From the NCBI GenBank assembly GCA_012295275.1, contig CM022678.1:1612001-1676000 (forward strand): DNA of 64,000 bases. Direction: 5' to 3'. This document shows, piece by piece, positions 15,696 to 29,629 of this stretch (its first letter is position 1; the number at the start of each line of letters is the position of its first letter). Both the position numbers and the translations under genes were made by a program. The notes under the pieces are model-generated. The model saw only the letters and a program-made list of their open reading frames with translations. It was not told the DNA's origin and searched no databases. Source of the stretch: Chrysomallon squamiferum. Its lineage: Eukaryota; Animalia; Mollusca.

Positions 15696-16159
15696 TGTTT
15701 ATGAAAATATTAGTTGACAGTTTGCAGCTATTTTGGAATGCTTTTAGAAACTGAATACACAAGCCCTTTCTCTTCTTTCTTCTTCTTTTCCTATTTTCGT
15801 TCTTTTTGCCAACTGAAGTGATTATCTTACGAAGTAATTTGATAGAAACAAAGAAAACTGAAAAGTTTGCCCACCAGTCAGACAAGATATTGAATATCAC
15901 ATCTGAGTTCTAACAGCAGTACATGAGAATATCTGAAGATGTGTCAATCTTAATGTAAGTCACCACAGTAGTATTCTAACCAGCTCCTACTAGTTCTTTT
16001 CTTGTTACATTGTGAGCTTTTAAAATAATAATAATAATAATAATAATAATAACTGTACTAGTAGTAGTCGTATTAGTTGTCATAGTCTTTGTCGTGAGTA
16101 GTAGTAGTAATAATAATAAAATGATGAACAAAATAATAATAATAATAATAAAAAAACAA

Positions 16160-16191
<32 letters not shown>

Positions 16192-16310
16192 TGAAAATGC
16201 AAATAATGATAGTAACAATAATAACAAAAATGAAAATGATAATAGTTAATAATGATGCACATGATGATGATGACATTACTTAGAAAACAAAACTCTGCTA
16301 ATTTCCCGAT

Positions 16311-16845
16311 CAAACCACCCACCACTGTACCAGTACTGAACCACCCACTGTACCAGTACTGAACCACCCACTGTACCAGTACTGAACCACCCACTGTACC
16401 AGTACTGAACCACCCACTGTTAACAGTACTGAACCACCCACTGTTAACAGTACTGAACCACCCACTGTTAACAGTACTGAACCACCCACTGTTAACAGTA
16501 CTGAGCCACCCACTGTTAACAGTACTGAGCCACCCACTGTAACAGTACTGAACCACCCACTGTAACAGTACTGAGCCACCCACTGTAACAGTACTGAACC
16601 ACCCACTGTAACAGTACTGAACCACCCACTGTAACAGTACTGAGCCACCCACTGTTAACAGTACTGAGCCACCCACTGTAACAGTACTGAGCCACCCACT
16701 GTAACAGTACTGAGCCACCCACTGTAACAGTACTGAACCACACACTGTAACAGTACTGAACCACCCACTGTTAACAGTACTGAACCACCCACTGTAACAG
16801 TACTGAGCCACCCACTGTAACAGTACTGAGCCACCCACTGCTAAC
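16311..16845. repeat. 23-24-bp minisatellite AACCACCCACTGT(T)AACAGTACTG, ~23 copies
   Basis: Visible tandem units. Confidence 0.95.
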
Positions 16846-17193
16846 AAAGCCTAAACTCCAAACCAATCCATATCCACTTAACTTCACTTCACTGAAAAAA
16901 TAACTCTTCTTGCTTTTCATTTATCGTTTATCAATAAAACCATAATTCACTGAGGCAATATTTAAACAAAGCTTGATTTATTATTCATACCCTAACCCTT
17001 AAAAAAAGGAAAAAAACAAGAGAAATTGCCTACTGAGAAAAGTTATCTCTATTTAAATGTTAAATGAAAAATAATAATTCTCAAACACTGGTGCTGTGGA
17101 GAGAAAAAAACAAAACCGGACAAATTTACTTAAAACAGAAAGAAAACAGAACTGTAACCAATGCCAACGGAGATCAATGACTTTGTGCAGGAG

Positions 17194-17211
17194 TGGCGCC
17201 ATCTGGTGTCC
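17194..17211 (-). promoter_or_regulatory. CTCF-type motif GGACACCAGATGGCGCCA
   Basis: Close match to the CTCF core CCASYAGRKGGCRS, in a CpG-rich island. Confidence 0.65.
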
Positions 17212-17335
17212 GAAACGCTGAAGGAACAAATACCGCGGTAATGTCATGGTAACGGATTTCGCCGACACGAGGGTAATATTTATTTCTTTATAATGGCGGA
17301 GGGAGAAACGGTAAATGGAACGCTTTCAGAATTGA

Positions 17336-17353
17336 TGGCGCCATCTAGTGTCC
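17336..17353 (-). promoter_or_regulatory. CTCF-type motif GGACACTAGATGGCGCCA
   Basis: Second copy, same orientation, 142 bp away, 17/18 identical to the first. Confidence 0.65.
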
Positions 17354-18356
17354 ACTGTTTGTGTTTAATTATGTCTGTGGACTGAACCGAACTGGCCGTG
17401 TTGACAGGTGGCCTAACTTAATTGTAATGGTGTGCCACGACAAACATGCACTAACCGCGATGTTAGGATAGCGTGTTGCTGTTTAATTATGTCTGTGAAT
17501 TAAAGGGAAGTGGTAAGCTGATTAGAAAATACTGATTTGTAGATAAACACGAGAGAGAGAGAGAGAGAGGTGAAAGACTAAGAGAAAGAGAGAATGAAAG
17601 AAAGTAACGGGAAATGAATGAGATAGATAGAAAATTATTCAGAGAATGGAAGGGATGAAAGACAGATTATACAGAAAGGAAAAACAGAAACAGAAAGAGA
17701 AAGTAACAAAAAGAAAGACAGAAAGTAACAAAAAGAGAGAGATGAAAAAATGATTATGAAAATGAAAGAGATAAATAAGGTAGAGACATAGACTGAGATA
17801 CAAAGAGAAATAAACAAACAATAGAAAGACAGAGAGAGAGACAGAGAGAGAGTGACAGAAAGACACAGAGACAAAGAAAGAGAGAAATCAACAGAAATGA
17901 AAGAAGAAACATTTGTGTGAACATTTACTGTTTGGCGTATATGAAAGCTAAAGTAAATTATACCCTGTCCAGGACAAACATGAATTAACCATAACACTAA
18001 CAATCTAAAACTATTGCGAATTCTTACATTAAAAGGCACTAGTCACCATAACGCATGGAACAATGTCAATTTTTAAACCTGCTTACTCAAAAAATCAAGT
18101 AACAAACAAGAACATTACACGTCCCTTAACTTTTCACGGTCAGTATACATTCTGCAGTTAATGCTGTCAAATGAACAAATTACATTTGCATATTTCTCAA
18201 TTAATTGATTATTTCACTTGGCAGATGATATACTGACAAGCTGATCTAATATAGAATCCTCAGACAATGGTCCACGGACCTTTTCCAAGTCCCCGAAGAA
18301 GAAGAAGAATTCTTGTAATTGTTCTGTAAATCATTCTTGTCAGAGATTGTGTTATA

Positions 18357-18640
18357 TGATTATAGATGGAGTTAAAGTATACAGTGATATAAGTAAACAG
18401 TGCAGTTCTATTACATTAATATGTGACAGATGATAGTATTACAGTATTATAGATATAGTAGTTAAAGTATACAGTGATATAAGTAAACAGTGCAGTTCTT
18501 CTGTTACATTAATATGTGACAGATGATAATATTACAGTATTATAGATGTATAGTAGTTAAAGTATACAGTGATATAAGTAAACAGTGCAGTTCTATTACA
18601 TTAATATGTGACAGATGATAATATTACAGTATTATAGATA
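18357..18640. repeat. ~90-94-bp tandem repeat, 3 copies
   Basis: AGTTAAAGTATACAGTGATATAAGTAAACAGTGCAG recurs near 18370, 18460 and 18554. Confidence 0.9.
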
Positions 18641-19112
18641 GTTGTAGTATAGTATTTCTGTTATAATACTTAAAAGTAAAAAATTTAATTCTTGGTTAAA
18701 TGAATCTATCAGAGAAAATTGTAACATTACAACATTACAGATAGCTGTAGAAGAGTTAGAAGTACAGTATTTTTGTTATAATTAATCTATCACATTTTAA
18801 AACTGTAATACTGCAAGGTTATATATGACTGTGACCCTCTACAACTAAATGAGTCGCATGTCCGATGAAACATTTTAAGAAATAGTAAAACATTTTTAAA
18901 ATGTTTTTGTAAGTCCCTTTTCATTTGAGGCAGGTAAAATTAAAACATTTAAAATGCAATAATACCAATTAACTTTTCTATGTTACAAATTCAAATTTAA
19001 AAAAAAAAGAAAAGAAAAAGGATTTAAAACTGAGAAACAGGGTAATCTGATTTCTTTGATCTCATTGAAACAACTGATTGCCACAATATGTCAGTAGACT
19101 TAATTAAGTCTT

Positions 19113-19126
19113 GTAACCATGGAAAC
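19113..19126. promoter_or_regulatory. RFX X-box-like GTAACCATGGAAAC
   Basis: Matches GTNNCC-AT-GGNAAC; next to a 16-bp palindrome. Confidence 0.4.
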
Positions 19127-19319
19127 GTAATCTGCAAGCTGCCTGGCTTGAATGTAACATTTAAAAACTGAGAAATAACTAATCTCCGTCTGTTGTAGGT
19201 TTGAGGAGAGCAGAACAGAAAAACTCTCCTTAATTTGTAGGTGCCAACTCAAAAACTGGAAAAATCAGAATTTTTTATATTTTTTTTTATTTTTATAAAT
19301 AAATAAATATAAAATAAAA

Positions 19320-19382
<63 letters not shown>

Positions 19383-19789
19383 AAAAAATAAAATAAAATA
19401 TAATAAATAAATAAGATAAATAAATAAATAAATAAAAGGTATTAAAAAAAAAGAAAACCAAAAAACAGAAGAAAATATTCAACAAAAAGTGGCTGCAGCT
19501 GTTAACACTCTACTGGGATTTGATCTGAGGACCTCAGTCGTAACAAAACTCGTAAATCCGCTTGCTGTAAAATATTCTTTCTTTGAAGACTGAAATCCTA
19601 GGAATGAAACTCTTCAGGTTTATCAGTCCAGAAGGACTAATCAATGCAGAACTTTGAAGTGGATGCAAATCACAAACCTCACCACAGAGGGCTGTAAACA
19701 CGTAAACAACTTTGATGTGTAAACAGTAAACAGCATTTACAACAGTCATTTTACTCATGTCACAAAGTAGTTATTAGTCACTGGGGGAC

Positions 19790-19891
<102 letters not shown>

Positions 19892-20245
19892 TGTAGAAGG
19901 AAGAAAAAACAATCTTCACTTTGCTGTGTACAAAAGCTGTAATCGCCATGGCTACAGATCCAGCGTACATCTGAACTTTTGGCAGCTATCATTACCTGAC
20001 CTGTCTGTTGACTGCTCTCACTTTAGAAATAGTGACTTCCTCAGTCCTAGTGACAGGCTGTTTAGTGACAATGTTTCCACTTCACAGAACAAAGTAAGTG
20101 GACGCAGGAAACACTTCACATCGACAGATCAGCCATGCGGAAACTCTGCTGAGCTTCACTGCAGTTAGCACCAATTATAAATAAATACACTGACGTGAAT
20201 CACCTTCTCATCCAATTAAAATACTTTTAATTAGTAACTGTGTTA

Positions 20246-20328
<83 letters not shown>

Positions 20329-21027
20329 ATATATCACAGACAATGTATTTTCTAATTTATGAAATCGTATATAAAAAAGAATTCTAGCTTCTAACAGGCT
20401 GAAGTATTTGAAAAATCAGACAGCCATAGAATTTCTTTTTTTTTTGTTCACTGAATGTTTACAAAGTCTAATGAAAGACATGCAATAATGCTAATATGAG
20501 AAATGTGCTGTATTGGAGATTCCTGTTACAGCTTTCAACATGTCTACCTGAATACATCTCCAGTCAATCAACTGGTGGTTTGAATACTGCTGCTGTTTCT
20601 GGCAGGACAGTGAAAACACACAAACCTGTCTGCCAGTGTTAACAGCATCAAGTGTTTTACTTGTGGTGTTCAACACTCTTCACCAACATTCAAGGAGAGA
20701 GTATATTTATAAAAAAAAAAAAGATATAAAAAAAAGTATTAAACTTTTCTCATTAAGAGATGGAATGAGATGGTGAGAGAGAGAGAAAAAAAAAGATTGG
20801 GAAATGTCTGAAAAAAAAAAAAAAAAGAAAGATGAACATTAAGAGATAAAGTTGTAGACAGAGATGATGTTGTAGACAGCGATAATGTTGTGTTAGAGGG
20901 GACACGAGAAAAAGACTGAATAGAGAATGAGAGAGAAAAAAATAAGAGGAAGGGATTGGGGCAGAAAGAAAAAGAAAAAAAAAAAGAGACAGAAAAAAAA
21001 AAAAAGAAAGAGGGAGAAGGGAAGAAG

Positions 21028-21059
<32 letters not shown>

Positions 21060-22001
21060 TGAGAGAAAGAAAGAGGAATAAGACAGAGGACAAATGAAGC
21101 TGACAAAAGAAAGATAAATTAAAATATTGAGGAGCAGAGAGCGAAGAAAGGAAAGAACAGAAAAGAATAAGAAAATGAACCGGAGAGAAAAAAACACAGT
21201 ACAAGGAATTTATATTAAAAACATTTTTCTTTTTAAAAACCTGGAATAAAAAAAAAAAAAAAAAAAAAGAAGAAGAAGAAGCGATGAGAACTGTAGTAAA
21301 TACAAGAGGTACAATAAAGTAAAGATGAAGTTGAGTAATGAAGTGAAATCTGCCTCCAGGTTTTCATGTCTGCCCAGCTCTTCTGCGACCATTTTCAAAT
21401 AAACATGAAAGACTCACCCGACACTCAACTGAACAGACTTTATTAAAAACAGTTTTTTTTAAAAACACCACTCAACTTGAAGTCAGTTTTCAGATGTCAT
21501 GGATATATTCAATTTGTTATCTGTAAGATCAGTGATACTGTTGTGTTTTTTTTTACTTTTACTGTTTGATCACTTGTTTTTATTTAATAGAGGGACACAG
21601 AGGAATAAATGATAAATAAAATGAAAAACATATATAGATATTAAAAATGAAAAATAAATAAAAAAGTAATGATATTAGAAATAATAGCAGTGGAAATGAT
21701 AGTAAGAATAATAACAACAATAGTAGCAGAAGTTCATTACAATATTTCTTTATAATTTATTTGTGATTAAGCATTTGCATAAAAGGTTGTATTTTTGTAT
21801 CTACTTTACACAGACACAGAAGAAATACATATACATAATTTATTCACACAAACACTTACCCATATACACACACAGTCACACAATCACACCCACACACACA
21901 CAGGCACACTCATACACTCACACACATAAACACATACAAACTTATGCACACACATATACACACACAATCACATACACCATATCACACACACACACAGACA
22001 T

Positions 22002-22049
<48 letters not shown>

Positions 22050-22072
22050 GCACACACCCCTGTCTACCTACT

Positions 22073-22113
<41 letters not shown>

Positions 22114-22173
22114 GAGAAAGAGAAACAGAATCTAGTAATTAACAAGCACGACCTCACCCCTGTCTACCTACCA

Positions 22174-22230
<57 letters not shown>

Positions 22231-23293
22231 CCACACACACACACACAAAAGAAACAGAATCCAGTAATTAACAAGCACGACCTCACCCCTGTCTACCTAC
22301 CACCACCACACACCCCCTCCAAGCCACACTCATTATTTTAAACAAAGTGTGAACTTATACAACATCAAAGATACACAGTCATTAGCATCAGCTTCCAGAG
22401 GCATCTCCAGGAAGCCTGGAAGGTGGAAGGATGTGACTAAACCCTTCAACTGAACCCTTCAAGGACTGCACTGTCTGACTGCATGACCTGAAGTCTTCAG
22501 ATGCTTTCTCAGATGACACAAATTACTCTGTGCTGGTTTTCACTTACATATTTGATAGCTGGTTTGACAAAAATAAAGCATGAGATGATGGTAAGAAATA
22601 CTGCTTCCATTTTGAGTAGTGATCTGGGAAAAGTGGCAAAGTGGAGAGACAAAAAAAAAAAAATTAATAAAAAAAGGAAAATAATTTTAAGGTCATCAGA
22701 GGTTTATAGATCATTTTCCTAAGGGGGAAAAAAAAAAAAAATTTTTTAAAATAAAAGTAAAATAAACCAAAATAATAAAAAATAAAAATGTGTGTGTTAA
22801 AGGGTACAAGTAGGAATAAACTGTCATTTGTACATCATGGTTGTTACAGCTTCAGACTGTTTTCAGTTTTAATAAGAGAGGGGAGACTGAGAAACTGACA
22901 GAAAAAGAAAGGGAAGGAGAGAGAGAGAAAGATAAAGAGAATTAGAGAGAGATGATGAGAAAGAGAGTGATAGAAACAAAGAATTAGAGAGTAAAAAAAA
23001 GAGATGATGAGAAAGAGATGATGAGAAAAAGAAAGACTTAGATTAGACAGTAAAAAGAGAGAATGAGAGAGAGAGAGCAGGAGAATCTCAGTGGAATACA
23101 AAATATGTGTAAAATGATCAACAGTTTTCTTAATTTCAAATGAACTCAGTTGCAAAATGTAAAAATTTAAAAAATCAAACAAAACAAAAAATGAAAAAAC
23201 AAACAGCAAACCTACCAATAAACAAAAAAAAACAAAAACAAAAACAAAACACAACCCTCCAAAAAGTGTTTAAAATAAAATAATATAAAAATC

Positions 23294-23325
<32 letters not shown>

Positions 23326-23532
23326 AACAAGAACAAATAATAATAATAATAATAATGATAATAATAATAATAACAATAATAATAATAATAATGAAACAGA
23401 AACAAAAACAAATATAAATCAGAAATACTTAAACAAAACAAAAATATACCTTAAAAACAATGGTTAATGTATGATGCTTCTGAAAAACAAATACAAAAAA
23501 ACAAACAAATGTATATCAGTCAATAATAACCA

Positions 23533-23564
<32 letters not shown>

Positions 23565-24177
23565 TAGTAAGTAGTAGTAGTAGTAAAGGTAATAATAGTA
23601 GTAGTAGTAGATGTAGAGGTAGTAATAGTAGTAACAGTGCAGGTTATATAGGAAGAAGAGTAGCAGTAGTAGTGGTGGTGATAGTGGTAGTAGTCGCAGC
23701 AGCAGCAGCAGCAGTAGTAGTAGTAATTATAATAAAATAATGGCAACTGTGGTACTAGATACAACAACAGTACTAAGTATGATGATGATAAAGATAATAA
23801 TAATAAAGATGATAATAACATAATAATAAAAATAGATAATAACATAATAATAAAGATGATATGATGATGATGATAATAACATAATAATAAAGATGATAAT
23901 AATAAAAAAACATATTCATAAAACGTTTTTCTGATGTCCTGAGCCCAAACGCAAGCCTAGCTGAGTGTTTTGAGAGTGGGAGAGCAGATGATGAAATTTA
24001 AAAAGTGCCCAGTCTCTGTGTTTTCCTCATCAAAACTCAGCAGAGCATGAAATCAGATTACAGAGCAATATGGCGAGTTCATCATTTCAAAATGAAGTTA
24101 AGCACTTCTTTATAGCCAGACTGTGAAATCAACTTGAGAAATAAAAGTCTGGCTTCGTGTGTGCACACTGTGGCTTT

Positions 24178-24232
24178 CAGGGTCAATTCCCAGTGGTTGG
24201 TTAGTTTCTGTTTTACCATTCCAACCAGTGAC
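24178..24232 (+). mobile_element. Possible degenerate tRNA-derived SINE fragment
   Basis: Degenerate B box GGTCAATTCC followed by CTGTTTTACCATTCCAACCAGTG, which recurs near 9987-10010. Confidence 0.35.
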
Positions 24233-24378
24233 TGTTTTAGTATGTAAGTCACCAACTATGACCATCAACATAAATAAATAAATAAAGAAAGAAAGAAAGA
24301 AAGAAAGAAAGAAAAAAAAGAAAGAAAGAAAGAAAATAAAGAAATAAAGAAAGAAATATAAAAAAAAAAAAGGTAAGA

Positions 24379-24418
<40 letters not shown>

Positions 24419-24936
24419 GAGCATTATATAAACAGATTTTTGCCAGCCCCTGCTACAAAAACTAATAATAATAAAGAAAATGTGATATAAATCATTTCTT
24501 GACAGTGTAATAATGTAATAATAAAAATCTTATAAAAATCAGCTTTTATTAAAACTTCCAGCTAAAACTAATAACATAAACCTGTGGCCTACTGCAAGTC
24601 TTTTCACCAAAAATTATAATAGTTACATAAAATGTTACATAAAATGTTATAGATATATATATATATTCTGTCTATATGTCAACAGAAAGAAAAATAGTGA
24701 TAAAAATATCAAATAAATGTTTCTGTTCCCACAATTCAAATAAATAAAATAAAATAAAATAAAATAAAATAAAATAAAATAAAATAAAAATAAATAAAAC
24801 ATCTCTTATGTAAATCAACTGTTGTCAGTAAAACAAATTTAAGAAAAAATAATTTTAATAACAATAAAGAAATTAACAACTATAAAAATAATGATGCTGA
24901 TTAAGATGACAATAAAACCCGTAATAATAACAATGT

Positions 24937-24970
<34 letters not shown>

Positions 24971-25028
24971 AATAAATAAATAAATAAATATTAAAAATAA
25001 TCAAGTACAAGATATATTTAAAAAAGAG

Positions 25029-25069
<41 letters not shown>

Positions 25070-25589
25070 CTACGAAATTTCCCCGAACTCTGCTGGAACA
25101 AACACGCCGGTCGAACACAACACGGACATAAATCACGTTAATAGTCTCGTCAACAGTTTCATCAGGTTTTTTCTCTAAACGATATTAGCTCTTCCCTTCT
25201 CTGTTTGCCCTGATTTCTAGCGATACGCAGTCTATTTAAGCATCGGTTCGAACCATTGTCAATTTTCTCCCGAGTCTGTGCGTCGGAGCAGAAAGATGGT
25301 GTAAAATATCTCGAGTCTAACACTGGGGTCCACTGGGAAGTTCTGAGAGTTGAAAGTTTTAATGTAATTTAAATCAGTTACACGCCTCTTCTTAGAGAGC
25401 AGATTCAGAAAGAGAAGACATTAAGAAAAGAGAGAAAGAGAGAGATAACAGAATCGGAATAGATTTGAAAATTTCTTTTTTTAAAAATTAAGTAATAATT
25501 GTATTAGAATCTGTATCAGTAGTAGAATAGTAATTGTAGAATTTGTAGTAGTAGTAGTAGTAGTAATAGCAGCAGTAGAATGTTTAGTG

Positions 25590-26113
25590 GTCACAGTATT
25601 AGTAGTTGTAGTCACTGTATTAGTACTTATAGTCACAGTGTTAGTAGTTATAGTCACAGTATTAGTAGTTATAATCAGTGTTAGTAGTTATAGTCACAGT
25701 GTTAGTAGTTATAGTAACTATTAGTAGTTATAATAATAGTGTTAGTAGTTATAGTAACAGTATTAGTAGTTATAGTCACAGTGTTAGTAGTTATAATCAC
25801 AGTGTTAGTAGTTATGGTCACAGTGTTAGTAGTTATAGTCACAGTGTTAGTAGTTATGGTCACAGTGTTAGTAGTTATAGTCACAGTGTTAGTAGTTATA
25901 GTCACAGTGTTAGTAGTTATGGTCACAGTGTTAGTATGTTAGTAGTTATGGTCACAGTGTTAGTAGTTATAGTCACAGTGTTAGTAGTTATAGTCACAGT
26001 GTTAGTAGTTATAATCACAGTGTTAGTAGTTATGGTCACAGTGTTAGTAGTTATGGTCACAGTGTTAGTAGTTATGGTCACAGTGTTAGTAGTTATGGTC
26101 ACAGTGTTAGTAG
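25590..26113. repeat. 21-bp minisatellite GTCACAGTGTTAGTAGTTATA, ~25 copies
   Basis: Visible tandem units. Confidence 0.95.
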
Positions 26114-26320
26114 TTCTTGTACTAATAATAGCAGCTGCAGAAGCAAAAATATTAAAACTTAAATAAACAATATAGTAGTTGCATTTGCAGAATACTAATG
26201 TACGTGCGTGTGTGTGTTTATGAATAGATATGAGATGTGTAATAGAAAATAAAAATAGAAACAGCAATTAATAACAATTCAAGTTCCTACTTCATTACGA
26301 GAATATTTTGATAAAAATCA

Positions 26321-26361
<41 letters not shown>

Positions 26362-27246
26362 TTAATAATAAAAATAATAATAATAAAAAATAAAAATCTG
26401 TTGACATCTCAAGCAGCTCTTGCTGTTTTTGTGGGAAACCTCAAAACGCTCGGACTCATCCATCGCTTCTGATAGCCGAGCTGGGGAATTGACCAAAGAC
26501 GCCATAAAAATATTTTATCTCAAAACCACTTTGACGGAAGAGGGGAATATCGAACATGAACTGTGTGATGTATGGACAGACACACGTAAACAACGAGACG
26601 TACGGCCGAACGGACATAAAGAATGCATAAAACACATTTCAGCGGATTCATTACCTCGATGTGGTTCTGTTTGTGTTCACAGAAAGGAGCTGGGTGCAAA
26701 CAAAGAAAACCTGCCTCCTCTCAGATTGAAATACCTTGTTCGGTTTGTTCTCTGTTTGATTCAAAGAGCTCTAAGTGTTTGTTGTTAATTTGTTATTAGT
26801 CAAACAATACTAAAAAGCTTTGATTGCAAATCTGAGCAACAGAACAAACAATTGTGCAGAATTTAAAAATAAAAATTAGAAAAATTGAAAAAAATAAAAA
26901 TAAAAATAAAGAAAGACAAGAAAAGGAAAAAGAAAAATGAATAGAAAATATAAAAATTAAAAAAAAACATTCTAAAGATTATTTATTGATAAATTTCTAG
27001 CTCAGCTCTTTTACAGTCTGTTTTATAGAAATAACTGCATGGAAAAATAATGAAGCGAAGGAGAAAAGTGATTGTAGAAATGTTTGTACAGTGTTGCTAA
27101 TGGCCAGCAATACCTGTTGTTTGTGAAAGCTGTTATTAAAAACCAGCATGTTACAGCGTATTACTGTTATGTAGATTGGACGTAGTATGATTGATGTCTG
27201 CTTCTCAAATAAACAAACTCTGTTCATGTATTCCCTGCTGACTATT

Positions 27247-27318
<72 letters not shown>

Positions 27319-27967
27319 ATAATATATATATATATTCAAATTGACACTGTAATCAGTTGTATAAACTTTAAACACTAGTATATACAGACCAAACACTAAT
27401 ATTAATTTGTGTATGTAATTAAGAAAATGATCAATATTCCAGAACGTTTTTTCAAGAGTGTATTTGACAAGAAAACACCATTAATTCTTTAAACACAACC
27501 AGCAAAAACAACCAGTCTGTCTGCCCCTCTCTCTCTGTCTTAATCATTTACCCACAAAGAAAATTACATCAGTTCGACAAACAATATTTATTCTACGAAT
27601 TATAAACAGAAAACTTTCTATTTTTCGCCACCGCATCTGAAAAACATTCGTCACCTCAACCAAAACACTTTGGTCAAGAAATTAGCAGAACTTATTTACA
27701 TGTTAATTACAGACTGAAACAGACAGTCAGTGTTTGCTCTAATTAAAGTTAATCTGCTGAAACTTGCAAGTTGAAAGACTCCCGACTGCACAAACATGAT
27801 TTGCCCGCTCGCATTCATCACCGCTAGATAAATATGAAGATAAAACTGAATTCAATCAACTGGTCATAATGATTTGAGCCAGTGTCCATGAGGGCCAGAA
27901 GGTCACTGAAGCCACACAGTGACCACTGAAACGAAGAGGTTGTTAAACCTGGCAGATCTTGATGACC

Positions 27968-28358
27968 AGTTATTAAAACCTGCGTGTTTACTTAGATAAA
28001 AGTTATTAAAACCTGCGTGTTTACTTAGATGAAAGTTATTAAAACCTGCGTGTTTACTTAGATGAAAGTTATTAAAACCTGCTTGTTTACTTAGATAAAA
28101 GTTATTAAAACCTGCTTGTTTACTTAGATAAAAGTTATTAAAACCTGCATGTTTACTTAGATGAAAGTTATTAAAACCTGCATGTTTACTTAGATAAAAG
28201 TTATTAAAACCTGCATGTTTACTTAGATAAAAGTTATTAAAACCTGCATGTTTACTTAGATAAAAAAGTTATTAAAACCTGCATGTTTACTTAGATAAAA
28301 GTTATTAAAACGTGCTTGTTTTTTTTAGATAAAAGTTATTAAAACCTGCATGTTTATT
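27968..28358. repeat. 33-bp minisatellite AGTTATTAAAACCTGCATGTTTACTTAGATAAA, ~12 copies
   Basis: Visible tandem units. Confidence 0.95.
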
Positions 28359-28974
28359 TGGAAAAGAAGTCAATATCTAAAACACAGAGATTATAAAAAC
28401 CACCAAGTCGACTTTGACAAAACAAAATGAAAACCAAAAATCAAAACAATAATCAATGCAACCACAATACTTTCTTACCAAAGAAACCATTAACATACTA
28501 TTTATAAAATAGAAAATTAAAACAATCATGTCAATTAATGAAAAGCCTATCTTTTCATCAGACAATAAAAACTACGACATCTACTAACTAAAACCACCAA
28601 ACATATCACAACCGCCATGTCTACTGATCAAAAGGTTAGTAAAGTCTACAAGAAAGCTGACAAAGTGTGAGTCACATGAGGAAGTCTATTTAATTAAGAC
28701 AAACTGGTCAGCATACAACATGGATTAAGTCTAGCTACTGACTTTGTATCATGACAGGACATTTTTCTTTTTACAAGTCTGTTAATGAGCAAAACCACTT
28801 AACACAAAGAGAGAAACTGGAATCTGCTCTCTTATTCTCCATGTCCTAATTATATTTTAACTACACTTTGCTCTAAAGTGTCTGCCCTATCAGTGTTCTG
28901 TTCTGTTCTACTGTTATACTGCATGTAGTCAATATTTTTGTTTTTTGTTATATTCTCTACTCTCCATTTTATTT

Positions 28975-29575
28975 AATCTGTTCTGTTCTGTGTTCTGTTC
29001 TATGTTCTAGTCTCCAGGCTCTAATTGTATCCTACAGGTGCCAGTGATGCTCTAATGTATCTGTTCTGTTCTGTGTTCTGTTCTATGTTCTAGTCTCCAG
29101 GCTCTAATTGTATCCTACAGGTGTCAGTGATACTCTAATGTATGTGTTCTGTTCTGTGTTCTACTCAATGTTCTAGTCTCCAGGCTCTAATTGTATCTTA
29201 CAGGTGCCAGTGATGCTCTAATGTATGTGTTCTGTTCTGTGTTCTGTTCTATGTTCTAGTCCATGTTCTCTTTCTTCTATCTTACAGGTGTCCATGTTCT
29301 GCTTTCTTGTATGTGTTCTGTCTCTTCTGTTCTCTTACACAGTCAATGTTCTAGTCTCCAGGCTCTAATTGTATGTCCTCCAGGTGTCCCGTGTTTTGAG
29401 AATTGATTCTAATCTGCATGTTGTTCTGTTGCTGTGTTTGCTGTTCTATGTTCTAGTCTCTCAGGCTCAAAACTGTATCTGTAACTGGTGTCAGTGATAC
29501 TCTAATGTATGTGTTCTGTTCTGTGTTCTGTTCTATGTTCTAGTCTCCAGGCTCTCTCTGTATCTTACAGGTGTT
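28975..29575. repeat. ~84-bp tandem repeat, ~7 copies, central copies corrupted
   Basis: TGTTCTAGTCTCCAGGCTCTAATTGTATC recurs. Confidence 0.85.
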
Positions 29576-29629
29576 TATATCCTTCTCTCTAAAAATACAT
29601 ATAAGACATTACCAGACATCATTCTGTTT

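Noticed and set aside
16080-16847. 255-aa ORF and overlapping ORFs
   Set aside because: Open only because of the 23-24-bp minisatellite; the frame drifts between units
26655-26689. Possible minus-strand micro-exon (cccag|35 nt|gtaatg)
   Set aside because: 35 nt would frameshift KIF13, and the donor is mediocre
26420-26788. 122-aa plus-strand ORF in a unique island
   Set aside because: TTG start, no recognisable domain or splice partners; treated as a non-coding island
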